Shown here: one piece after another, positions 56,102-64,000 of the stretch
Numbering within the stretch: the stretch's first letter is position 1
Layout of the letters: every line of letters starts with the position of its first letter
Source: a bacterium
GTDB lineage: Bacteria; Zixibacteria; MSB-5A5; WJJR01
Assembly (NCBI GenBank): GCA_021813505.1
Contig: JAKAKI010000071.1
Span: 45 to 64,044 of the forward strand
DNA: 64,000 bases
Reading direction: 5' to 3'
The notes under the pieces: generated by a model
Databases searched by the model: none
Told to the model about the DNA's origin: nothing
What the model saw: the letters and a program-made list of their open reading frames with translations, nothing else
Position numbers and translations under genes: made by a program

Positions 56102-57190
56102 ATGCCGAAATTCATTATCACCAAAGCCGGACAAACACTGCAGACGCTCACCCTTGAGGGTGAGCGTATTGAATTGGGTGCGGCGCGCACCTGCCCATTG
56201 TTCATCGATGATCTTCTGATCTCGTTGCACCAGATGGCCTTCGTCAAGTCGCCCGAGGGGTACCGGGTCGAGCCAATCAGCCGTACGCCGGTGATGCGGG
56301 TTCGGGGGCGGGCGGTGGATGCCCCTACTGAACTGGATCCCGGCGATACCGTCGAAATCGAAGGGTACAAGATCCAGGTGGAATTTGACCTGACCACCAT
56401 GCCGCTGCCGCCGGAGCCGATCCCGCTGGATGCAAGCACTGATCCAGCCAAGACAGTCTTTCAGATCAAGCCGCTAGGACAACTCACGATCATTGCCGGA
56501 CCGCTCAAAGGGATGTCGCGGCCATTGGTTCCGGGAGAGATTCGCATCGGGCGCGATCAGACGCAAAACGAAATCGTCATCCGCAGCGATACCAAAGGGG
56601 AGGTCGACAAGAGCATTTCCCGGCGCCACGCATCGATCCACGTGGAAGGGAGCAATGTCTACGTTGAGGATCAAAAGAGCGTGGCGGGAACATTTGTGAA
56701 CGGCCGCCAGGCGGCCGCCAAGCAGCGCGTATTGCTGAAATCGGGAGACCAGGTCGAGATTCGTTCGGCGAAAGAGAGTACAATCATCCGTGTGGAGATG
56801 CTCGGCGCGGGAACGCATGATGCGCCGCAGCCGTTGCCCGGCCCGGCGCCGCTGCCGCCGCTCTCCGACGTGTTGCCGCCGCTGTCGCAAGCGCCTCTCC
56901 CGCCGCCTCTCTCGTCGGCCCCACCACCGTTGACGCCACCGCCACTGGCACCACCGCCGCCGCGTGCCCCTCAGCCGGCGTGGCCGGCGCCGCCGGAACC
57001 GGTACGTGAAGTGCAGCCGGAACGGTCCGACCGGCCTTCACGCGTCCGGCCGAGAGCGACATTCGATGATAATCCGTTTCAACAAGTGGAAGACGTTCAT
57101 TGGTACAGTGCTTTGCCCTCATGGACCTGGTTTGCCGTCGGGGCGGGAGTCATAATCCTGATTGTGTCTTTACTGCTGATCTGTCGATAG
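56102..57190 (+). CDS. FHA-domain protein with Pro-rich linker and C-terminal TM anchor
   Basis: Canonical FHA (IRIGRDQ...SISRRHASIHVEG..VYVEDQKSVAGTFVNG) preceded by a degenerate FHA-like module. PPLP-rich tract, then a C-terminal hydrophobic helix. ATG 56102; the track ORF starts at TTG 56051. Confidence 0.8.
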   Translation: MPKFIITKAGQTLQTLTLEGERIELGAARTCPLFIDDLLISLHQMAFVKSPEGYRVEPISRTPVMRVRGRAVDAPTELDPGDTVEIEGYKIQVEFDLTTMPLPPEPIPLDASTDPAKTVFQIKPLGQLTIIAGPLKGMSRPLVPGEIRIGRDQTQNEIVIRSDTKGEVDKSISRRHASIHVEGSNVYVEDQKSVAGTFVNGRQAAAKQRVLLKSGDQVEIRSAKESTIIRVEMLGAGTHDAPQPLPGPAPLPPLSDVLPPLSQAPLPPPLSSAPPPLTPPPLAPPPPRAPQPAWPAPPEPVREVQPERSDRPSRVRPRATFDDNPFQQVEDVHWYSALPSWTWFAVGAGVIILIVSLLLICR

Positions 57191-57238
57191 ATTTCCTGAG
57201 GTGCTGGTTCCAGCGATTGCGCCAACCGGGTGGGTTGT

Positions 57239-58258
57239 ATGTTGAAAATCGGGATGCACGGCGACACAAATATCGGGCTGGTACGCACCATCAATGAAGA
57301 CAACTTTCGTAAGATCCCCGCGCGCGACACGATTGTAGTCTGTGACGGCATGGGCGGCCATGCGGCGGGTGAGGTCGCCTCGCTGACGGCGGTTGAGACC
57401 GTCGAAGCCAGCCTGCTCCGCGACCCGGCGGCGGCGCGCTCGCGCCTCCCCGAGTTATTGCATCCGGAGCTCCCCGAGGGCGCGCTGGAGCTCGTTCATA
57501 GTGTCCGTTTGGCCAATCGCCGGGTGTTTCTCACCGCCAAGTCGCAGCGCAGCATGCATGGAATGGGCACGACGCTTGTGGCGGTACGGTTTTGCGGCGG
57601 GCAGGTTGCGGTTTGCCACGTGGGCGATTCGCGCGTCTACAAGTTCGCCGACGGCGTGCTGACCCCGCTGACGATCGATCATTCGCTTCTGGCCGAATGG
57701 AAGCTGCGCGGTGAAATCTCCGACGAGGATGAGCGCAACTTCCCGGAGCGCAATATCATCACGCGGGCGCTCGGAACACGCCCCTCGGTGGCCGTCGATG
57801 TGCGGATCGTGCCGGCGAAAAAGAACGACTGGTACGTGTTGTGTTCCGATGGCTTGTGCGGGTATGTCGATGACCGCACGATCACGAAAGTTCTCAATCA
57901 GCATCATTCCGATCCCGACCGTGCGATTCGGGGACTCATCGACGTCGCCAATCACGCCGGCGGTCAGGACAACGTGACCGTGGCCATCGGCATCATCGAA
58001 GCTACCGACCTGCCATCGGGCGCCGCCTTCGACGCCCAAACCATTCCGGAGACGTCCGAGGAAGCCGCTCATCTCGAAGCGGCGTACTTGCAGGAGCTGT
58101 TCCCCGCGGCGGGGTTGGAAGACAGCCGTCCGGTGGAACCCGACACCGACAAGATCCCCACCTTGCCGATGGTCAACCGGGTACCTGAACGCCAGCCAGA
58201 AGACACGTCCGAGAAGCCGAAACGCGGATTCTGGCCCTGGTCCTCGAAAGACGAATAG
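57239..58258 (+). CDS. PP2C-family Ser/Thr protein phosphatase
   Basis: GLVRTINEDNF, VVCDGMGGHAAGEVAS, GMGTTLV, VGDSRVY, LCSDGL, GGQDNVTVAI. Confidence 0.88.
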   Translation: MLKIGMHGDTNIGLVRTINEDNFRKIPARDTIVVCDGMGGHAAGEVASLTAVETVEASLLRDPAAARSRLPELLHPELPEGALELVHSVRLANRRVFLTAKSQRSMHGMGTTLVAVRFCGGQVAVCHVGDSRVYKFADGVLTPLTIDHSLLAEWKLRGEISDEDERNFPERNIITRALGTRPSVAVDVRIVPAKKNDWYVLCSDGLCGYVDDRTITKVLNQHHSDPDRAIRGLIDVANHAGGQDNVTVAIGIIEATDLPSGAAFDAQTIPETSEEAAHLEAAYLQELFPAAGLEDSRPVEPDTDKIPTLPMVNRVPERQPEDTSEKPKRGFWPWSSKDE

Positions 58259-58711
58259 CGAACAAGCACCGCCCCTAAGTCCACAGCATCGCTTGTTGTC
58301 CTGGATGGCGCTCACCAACTGTCATGCTGAGGAGCGCAGGAGAAGAATGGTGGGCAGAGCTCACCCTACCTGCTGAGGCACGTAGCGACGACTTCCAGGC
58401 TCCTGGCATTCTTGGGAGAGCTCTCCCGGTTGTCGTGCTGAGTCGCGCAGCGACGAAGCACCTGCTGTCCGTGGGTTACGGCAGGGTCCCAACAAACAGC
58501 GGATCCTTCGTCGCTTCGCGACCCAGGATGACACCACCGCTCTCCCTTTCACATCATCGCCTTTGCACACATCGAGTTGCACGACAGCTTCTCTCGAGAT
58601 CGCACTTGCTACAGGACGGCATTTCCGCGTTGACTTTGGCGCCATTTGGCGCGTACTCTATACGGCAGAGTTCATCGGACCACGCTTGTGGCAGCCGGTG
58701 ACGCGTTGTAT

Positions 58712-58785
<74 letters not shown>

Positions 58786-58954
58786 CTTTCTTCGACAGAC
58801 TGATTTCTAATAGGACGCGCCGGATTGAGGCGGCGCACGGCATCGCCGTGAGGTTTGCAAGGCTGAACTGAAGACGAAAAAGACCACCGCCAGTGTCGGG
58901 AAATTCCTCAGCGGCATTGCCGGTGAACAACAGCGCGAGGACTGTCTCGCCCTG

Positions 58955-59296
58955 GTGGAGATCATGCGCAAGGCAACGGGTGCGGACCCGAAGATGTGGG
59001 GCACCAAAATCATCGGCTTTGGCGACTTTCGTTACAAGTATGCGAGTGGCCGTGAGGGCGACTGGTTTCTGGCAGGGTTGGCGCCGCGCAAGTCCGAAAT
59101 CACCATCTACCTCACCGGCGGACCGAGACAACATCCCGAATTGTTACAGACGCTCGGGAAACACAAGATGGGTGGCGTCTGTCTCTATCTCAGGCGGATC
59201 GAGGATATCCATCTGCCGACATTGCGCAAGCTGATTGCCGCGAGCATAGAGTCACTCAAGAAGGCCGGTTCTATCCGGAGCTTGAAACCAGCCTGA
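58955..59296 (+). CDS. DUF1801 (YdhG-like) domain protein
   Basis: MWGTKIIGFGDFRYKYASGREGDWFLAGLAPRKSEITIYL is typical of DUF1801. GTG 58955 is the first canonical start, but family-like sequence (KTTASVGKFLSGIAGEQQREDCLALVEIM) continues in frame upstream to the stop at 58826. Confidence 0.7.
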   Translation: MEIMRKATGADPKMWGTKIIGFGDFRYKYASGREGDWFLAGLAPRKSEITIYLTGGPRQHPELLQTLGKHKMGGVCLYLRRIEDIHLPTLRKLIAASIESLKKAGSIRSLKPA

Positions 59297-59348
59297 CTCG
59301 CATCCCAAGTTCCTCAATAGTCAAGATTGGCAGTAGCCCCCCCCGCGT

Positions 59349-59379
59349 GCCACTGACCTTGGTCAGTGGCTTCCTCGTT
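59349..59379 (+). terminator. hairpin terminator after the DUF1801 gene
   Basis: GCCACTGACC-TT-GGTCAGTGGC palindrome followed by TTCCTCGTT. Confidence 0.5.
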
Positions 59380-59489
59380 GGACGCGTCGGGCATGCCACT
59401 GCACATTTTCTCTCCAGCAGCCGGGCTTCATCACTCGTGACTAAAATTGTAATCATTATCGGATGAACAAACGAAGAGCGGGAGACCAC

Positions 59490-59795
59490 ATGAAGAATCA
59501 ATCGATGTCCACGGTCAACGTGACCCCGGGAGCCAATGGCTTCAAGGTGACGAAGGTGAAGTACGATTGCATTCGGGACGCCATCCTCACCAATCTGCCG
59601 TCCTCGAAAGAGGGGCTCAAGTTCAACGAGTTGGTGTCCAGGATTAAACGCGACGTCGGCAGCCGGAAGGACCTCTTCCCCAAGGCTGGTTCGGTCATGT
59701 GGTATACGAAGGTCGTGCAACTTGATCTGGAGAAGCGCAAGCTGATCGAGCGGATTCCCGAGGCGGTCCCCCGGCGGTTGCGCCGCCTGAAGTGA
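59490..59795 (+). CDS. small hypothetical protein
   Basis: ORF 59463..59795. ATG 59490 has GGGAGA about 5 nt upstream. No family recognised. Confidence 0.5.
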   Translation: MKNQSMSTVNVTPGANGFKVTKVKYDCIRDAILTNLPSSKEGLKFNELVSRIKRDVGSRKDLFPKAGSVMWYTKVVQLDLEKRKLIERIPEAVPRRLRRLK

Positions 59796-59860
59796 GAATC
59801 TGCCAGCGTCAGGGGTGTGCTACTGACCTTGGAGCTGTCGAAAGCCAAGTACACCAGCGA

Positions 59861-59995
59861 GGTGCCACGGACAAGCTGATTCTCCGGCTCTTTGGAGAAT
59901 CAGCTTGTCCGTGTCTTCTTACCGCAAACACAAAAAAGACACGGACAAGGAAGACCGAGCAGAAGAGCCGCTCGGTCTTCCTTGTCCGTGGCACC
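59861..59995. repeat. twin long hairpins with shared base (CACGGACAAG/CTTGTCCGTG) between convergent genes
   Basis: H1 is 59866-59885 paired with 59894-59913 (20 bp, perfect). H2 is 59940-59960 paired with 59970-59990 (21 bp, perfect). Alternative pairings: 59904-59917 with 59936-59949 (14 bp), and the outer GGTGCCACGGACAAG with CTTGTCCGTGGCACC. Confidence 0.9.
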
Positions 59996-60080
59996 TGAGC
60001 AGTCGGGCTTTCGACTTGATAGATCAGAGTTCTTTAACACGCCCCAAGATCAGTGGCACGCGCGATCACGGCAGCTGCGA

Positions 60081-60902
60081 CTACTTGACCGTAATCGTCC
60101 GTTCGGTCGTGTTGTAGTTCCCTGCGACCACTTGGTTGGATTTGTTCACCAGTTCCAGTTTGAAGTGATGGTCCCCCGGTGGGAGTCCGGTTACCAGGTA
60201 CGGCACCCACTCGGTGAGATTCGCCGACTTCCCGTCGATTGTCAGCCGGACCTTGTAGCCATAGGATGACAGCTCTGCATTGCTGAGATAGAAGTCCACG
60301 AGAATGGATTTCGCGTCGGCTCCGGCATAGACATCCTTGGGACGGCTGTACGTCAGCAGGGGCTTGCCGGGTTGGATTGGCGAGGGCGCCTTGGCGTCAC
60401 CGACATAGAAGGTCACCGTCTTGAACGATCCCGCGGATTTGATGCTTTCATGCCAACTGCGGCTGGCGAAGACACGGATCGTGTGCACGCCCTCGGGCAG
60501 AACACCAATTGGGAACGGGCTGCCATCGGCGTAGTTGGCCATGTATGGTTGATTGTCGACGATGACATGCACGTGCTGTCCCTTGCCGGAATTGGCGAGC
60601 CCGCATCCCTCCGCGTGCATCGTTTGCTGGCCGAGGCTGACACCGGTCACACTGACCGCGACATAAAGCGACTCGCCGGCCTTGAACCTTTCCCCTTCCT
60701 TCGGGGATAGGATCGTGACTGTCGCCGAATCAGACGGACGCGAGTTGGCCCACTTCAACAAGCCTGGAATGTCGCCTTTCACGGGACTCGCGGTCGCGAA
60801 CATGGAATCGGGCATACTCGCCAGCACCGGACGGCCGGCGAGCAGGGCTGACGCCGTCAGGATTGAAAGCACGAGTGCCAAACAAGAGCGCTTAGATGAC
60901 AC
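60081..60902 (-). CDS. secreted protein with two His-containing beta-sandwich-like repeats (DUF4399-like)
   Basis: GTG 60902 has AGGAGG 4 nt upstream. Signal peptide SILTASALLAGRPVLA. GQHVHVIVDN...LPEGVHTIRVF and LPPGDHHFKLELV resemble DUF4399 motifs. Confidence 0.65.
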   Translation of the reverse strand: MSSKRSCLALVLSILTASALLAGRPVLASMPDSMFATASPVKGDIPGLLKWANSRPSDSATVTILSPKEGERFKAGESLYVAVSVTGVSLGQQTMHAEGCGLANSGKGQHVHVIVDNQPYMANYADGSPFPIGVLPEGVHTIRVFASRSWHESIKSAGSFKTVTFYVGDAKAPSPIQPGKPLLTYSRPKDVYAGADAKSILVDFYLSNAELSSYGYKVRLTIDGKSANLTEWVPYLVTGLPPGDHHFKLELVNKSNQVVAGNYNTTERTITVK

Positions 60903-61087
60903 AATTCCTCCTGATTAAGAGAACAAACACACGACGACATTGGGAAAGGCAAGCCATATCCATTCGAAGCCGTTAAACCCGATCGAGAGCGCCTGAGTTC
61001 CCGCGAGTTTCCCAGCCCCGGAGGGGCGAAAGATTGTAGCCCATGGCCCCAGGGCGTGTTGAAATACGCCATCATCTGGAGACGAGA

Positions 61088-61162
61088 GCGCGGACAAGAG
61101 TGTCCGCGCCACTGAGAGACAAGAACTTCCATGACCACGAGTGGGGCAGACACTCTTGTCTG
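61088..61162. repeat. two short GGACA-core hairpins in opposite orientation
   Basis: GCGCGGACA-AGAG-TGTCCGCGC (61088-61109) and CAGACA-CTCT-TGTCTG (61147-61162). The core is related to the base of the 59866-59990 hairpins. Confidence 0.7.
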
Positions 61163-61252
61163 TCCGGTTTTTCAACAATCCCGCCAACCATGGGAGACGC
61201 AAGGCGCCACTGGAATCTGCCATCAGCCCCGAAGGAGCGTACATTAACCCAG

Positions 61253-61834
61253 CCCAGGCCGCAGGCCTGGGTCGGGAGCGTGGAAATCACAAGCCCTGAA
61301 AGGGCGTCATAATCTCAATCCCACACGTACCGCTCGTCAAACGCGACACCGTATTTCTCCAACAATCTCCGCAACTCCTCTTGAAACGAAACCGACTGAT
61401 GGTGCTCAGCCTGCGCTGCGATATAGTCCTTCACTCGAGGTGCGTGCGATGGCGACACTGAAAACGCTGCATAGCCATTCTGCCAGTGGAATCGCGACAA
61501 ACGATCGCTTCTCGTCTTCAGCCATCTCGATGTAGCTGTCTTCAACTTCTCAACCAGCTGCGCAATCGTGAGGGTCTTGGGCATTATGCACAGAATGTGA
61601 ATGTGATCTGTCGATCCGCCGACCTGGGCTGACGGGCAATCAATATTCCGCAATACCGTTGCGGCATATGGCCATAATTCGCGCGCGACATCATCTGAAA
61701 GGCACGGCTCACGTCCTTTCGTGCTAAACGTGATATGCACGGTTATCTTCGCCAACGATTGCGACATTCGTTATAACGCCCTTTCAGGGCTAACGATTGT
61801 TTGGCGAGGCCGGTACCCAGGGCTACGCCCTGGG
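61253..61834 (-). mobile_element. IS200-like/RAYT (Y1 HUH transposase) gene bracketed by ~65-bp inverted two-hairpin modules
   Basis: Left flank: CCCAGGCC-GCA-GGCCTGGG (61253-61271) and GCCCTGAAAGGGC (61293-61305). Right flank: GCCCTTTCAGGGC (61778-61790) and CCCAGGGC-TAC-GCCCTGGG (61816-61834). The flanks are reverse-complement-related in order and spacing. Confidence 0.7.
61315..61767 (-). CDS. IS200/IS605-family Y1 transposase-like protein (REP-associated tyrosine transposase-like)
   Basis: ITVHITFSTKGREPCL, HUH motif HIHIL, catalytic Tyr context WQNGYAAFSVS; 150 aa. Confidence 0.85.
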   Translation of the reverse strand: MSQSLAKITVHITFSTKGREPCLSDDVARELWPYAATVLRNIDCPSAQVGGSTDHIHILCIMPKTLTIAQLVEKLKTATSRWLKTRSDRLSRFHWQNGYAAFSVSPSHAPRVKDYIAAQAEHHQSVSFQEELRRLLEKYGVAFDERYVWD

Positions 61835-61986
61835 CTGAATTAGTGTATGTGCCCGGTCGCACATTAGTGCGCCCCTTTCAGGGGCGAACTGCTGTCATTA
61901 TATCTCCCGGCAAGACGAAGATTCAATCACTTTCAATCTACCGAGGCCTCGAATACGCGAAAGGCCCCAATTCCTTCGGTCACGGC

Positions 61987-62070
61987 TTATGGCCACAATG
62001 TGGGCGCGACATCGTCCGAAAGCCACGTCTCACGTCCCGGCGTCAAGCCCTCGAGCGCCAATGTCGACAT
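61987..62070 (-). pseudogene. 5' remnant of a second RAYT-like gene
   Basis: About 80% nucleotide identity by eye between 61985-62070 and the 5' end of the intact gene (61655-61767). Minus-strand translation MSTLALEGLTPGRETWLSDDVAPTLWP* compares with MSQSLAKITVHITFSTKGREPCLSDDVARELWPY. Confidence 0.55.
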
Positions 62071-62171
62071 TGACCTGCCTGTCACAGGATGCGATTCCCC
62101 CTACGCCCCATTTGTTTTCTGGAGAGCCGCAGTATAGCTTCCCGGTCTATGCCAACCCAGAGGAGGTCAGC

Positions 62172-63506
62172 ATGAATGGATGGAGGGTGGCGCTTGCCGT
62201 GGTGTTGTGTCTCGGCATCGGCGTTGCGGTGGCACGGGCCACAGAGAAGACGTTTCCGTACCAGTACCAGCAGACGGTGCTCGACAACGGGCTCACCGTG
62301 GTCACGATCCCGATGGAGTCTCCGGGGATCGTGGCGTACTACTCCGTCGTGCGCACCGGCAGCCGCGACGAGTACGAACCGGGACATTCGGGATTTGCGC
62401 ATTTCTTCGAGCACATGATGTTTCGCGGCACGAAGAGATACCCCGGCGAAATCTACGACAAGCTCATGACCGAGATGGGCGCCGACGCCAACGCGTTCAC
62501 GTCGGACGACATCACCTGCTACCATCTCGAGGTCACCACCGATGATTTCGAAAAAGTGATGGAGCTCGAGAGCGACCGGTTCCAAAACCTGTCGTATCCG
62601 GAAGACGCCTTCAAGACCGAGGCCGGCGCCGTTTATGGCGAGTATCGCAAGAGCGTCTCGAGCGCCGGATTTGTTCTGCGTGAAACAATGCAGAACACGG
62701 CGTACGACAAGCACACCTACAAACACACGACCATGGGCTTCAAGCAGGACATCGAGGCGATGCCGACGATGTACGAGTACAGCAAGTCGTTCCTCCACCG
62801 CTACTACCGACCGGAGAATGTCGTGCTCTTGATTGTCGGCGACATCAAGCCGGAGCCGACCCTGGCGCTGGTGAAGAAGTACTACGGCGGCTGGCAGAAG
62901 GGATATACCGCGCCGCAGGTTCCGGTGGAACCGGAGCAGACCGCACCGCGCCGCGCCGACGCCAAGTTTGACGGACGCACTCTGCCGATCATGGGCATCG
63001 GGTACAAGTCGCCGGCATTCGATCCCACCAACATCACATTGGCGGCGTGTCAGATTTTGGGCGAACTCGCCTTTGGTGAAACCAGTGATATCTACAAGAA
63101 GCTCGTGCTCGACGAACAGCGCGTGCAATACATCCGCGCCGGCTTCGAGCCGAGCCGCGATCCAGGTCTGGCGACCATTTACACCATGGTGAAGGACACA
63201 GCCGACATTGCGGGGGTCGAGCAGGAAATCTACAAGACGATCGAGAAGTTCCAGACCACGCCCCCCGATGAGAAACTCCTGAACGACGTAAAGAGCAACA
63301 GCCGCTACGGTTTCCTGATGGGGCTGGATACGCCGGGCCATGTCGCCGGCGCGCTGGTGGGGTTTCTGGCCATGGGTGGCAAGATGGAAGTCGTCGATCA
63401 GGTTTACGAGACCTTGAATAAGGTCACCCCCAAAGATGTGATGGACGCGGCCAAGACGATCCTCGTTCCCAACAAGCGGACCGTGGTCTTAGTGGAGGGC
63501 AAATAG
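62172..63506 (+). CDS. M16-family (pitrilysin-like) zinc peptidase, active subunit
   Basis: AGGAGG 5 nt upstream of ATG 62172 and a signal peptide. Inverted zinc motif HFFEH in GFAHFFEHMMFRGT. The track ORF starts at 61989. Confidence 0.88.
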   Translation: MNGWRVALAVVLCLGIGVAVARATEKTFPYQYQQTVLDNGLTVVTIPMESPGIVAYYSVVRTGSRDEYEPGHSGFAHFFEHMMFRGTKRYPGEIYDKLMTEMGADANAFTSDDITCYHLEVTTDDFEKVMELESDRFQNLSYPEDAFKTEAGAVYGEYRKSVSSAGFVLRETMQNTAYDKHTYKHTTMGFKQDIEAMPTMYEYSKSFLHRYYRPENVVLLIVGDIKPEPTLALVKKYYGGWQKGYTAPQVPVEPEQTAPRRADAKFDGRTLPIMGIGYKSPAFDPTNITLAACQILGELAFGETSDIYKKLVLDEQRVQYIRAGFEPSRDPGLATIYTMVKDTADIAGVEQEIYKTIEKFQTTPPDEKLLNDVKSNSRYGFLMGLDTPGHVAGALVGFLAMGGKMEVVDQVYETLNKVTPKDVMDAAKTILVPNKRTVVLVEGK

Positions 63507-63508
63507 CC

Positions 63509-64000
63509 ATGCGGAGAAACAGAAGTGTAATTGCGGGGCTCCTCGTGGCCTGTGCCTGCGTCATCGGTTGGAGCCAGTTGTCGTGGGGCGTCGGGACCAT
63601 TGAACTGCCGGTCCCATCCGATCCGACCATCTCGTTTCGGATTTGGTTCAAAGTCGGGTCGCAGAACGATCCGGCCGGCAAAGAGGGACTGGCGGCCCTG
63701 ACCGCCGGAATGATCAGCGATGCGGGGACAACCAGCAACACGTACGATCAGATTCTCAAGAAGCTGTATCCGATGGCGGCAGGATATGGCGCCATGGTCG
63801 ACAAGGAGATGACGATCATCACCGGCCGCGTTCACAAGGACAACGTGAACGCGTTCACAGATCTTCTGTTGGATGCGATTCTTCACCCGGCATTCTCTGC
63901 CGATGATTTCAAACGTCATCAGACCGATGCGCTGAATTATCTCGACAAAACCCTTCGGTATTCCAATGACGAGGCGTTCGGCAAGGAGATGCTGTACGAC
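63509..64000 (+). CDS. M16-family peptidase-like protein, second subunit (partial; runs off the window)
   Basis: Translated manually; not in the ORF track because it is open-ended: MRRNRSVIAGLLVACACVIGW...FRIWFKVGSQNDPAGKEGLAALTAGM.... ATG 63509 lies 2 nt after the upstream stop. No HxxEH at the equivalent position. Confidence 0.75.
   Translation, partial: MRRNRSVIAGLLVACACVIGWSQLSWGVGTIELPVPSDPTISFRIWFKVGSQNDPAGKEGLAALTAGMISDAGTTSNTYDQILKKLYPMAAGYGAMVDKEMTIITGRVHKDNVNAFTDLLLDAILHPAFSADDFKRHQTDALNYLDKTLRYSNDEAFGKEMLYD

Noticed and set aside
58786-61300. A tRNA-Arg-adjacent genomic island.
   Set aside because: The region holds small accessory-looking genes and repeats. However, I found no integrase and no direct repeat of the tRNA 3' end to mark an att site. 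GC by eye is only slightly lower than elsewhere.

Overview
GC-rich (about 60% by eye) bacterial chromosomal segment. It is probably from an uncultivated FCB-superphylum organism, inferred from two proteins with T9SS-type C-terminal sorting domains (NYPNPFNP...) and two DUF1573 proteins. All calls rest on manual translation and motif recognition; no searches or folding programs were run, so family names are recognition-level.

About 40 protein genes, mostly housekeeping or envelope-related:
- lexA, hisS, aspS, thiL, and the conserved phoH-pgpH-ybeY-CNNM/TlyC cluster
- a 2-Cys peroxiredoxin, an NAD-type isocitrate dehydrogenase and a DedA protein
- a MacA-like adaptor with two FtsX-type permeases and an ABC ATPase
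- two coupled amidohydrolases and an M16 peptidase pair
- an FHA/PP2C pair
- two PAS/GAF histidine kinases, one of 1953 aa
- tRNA-Arg(ACG)

Main findings:
1. A DUF1573 gene has its only interruption at an in-frame TGA. That TGA aligns exactly with the first Cys of the family CGC motif in the adjacent paralog, and hairpins follow it. This makes it a candidate selenoprotein.
2. Cohesin-like and dockerin-like modules are spread over several secreted proteins. A Ste24-type M48 protease fused to a PD40 beta-propeller lies next to two of them.
3. Intergenic DNA carries at least six families of palindromic or mosaic repeats. These include a 13-14 nt tandem array whose copy number differs between paralogous elements (14, 4 and 3 units). 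An IS200-like/RAYT gene bracketed by inverted hairpin modules, plus a RAYT 5' remnant, lies nearby.
4. A 1749-aa T9SS cargo protein and its neighbour share an unnamed module of about 75 aa.
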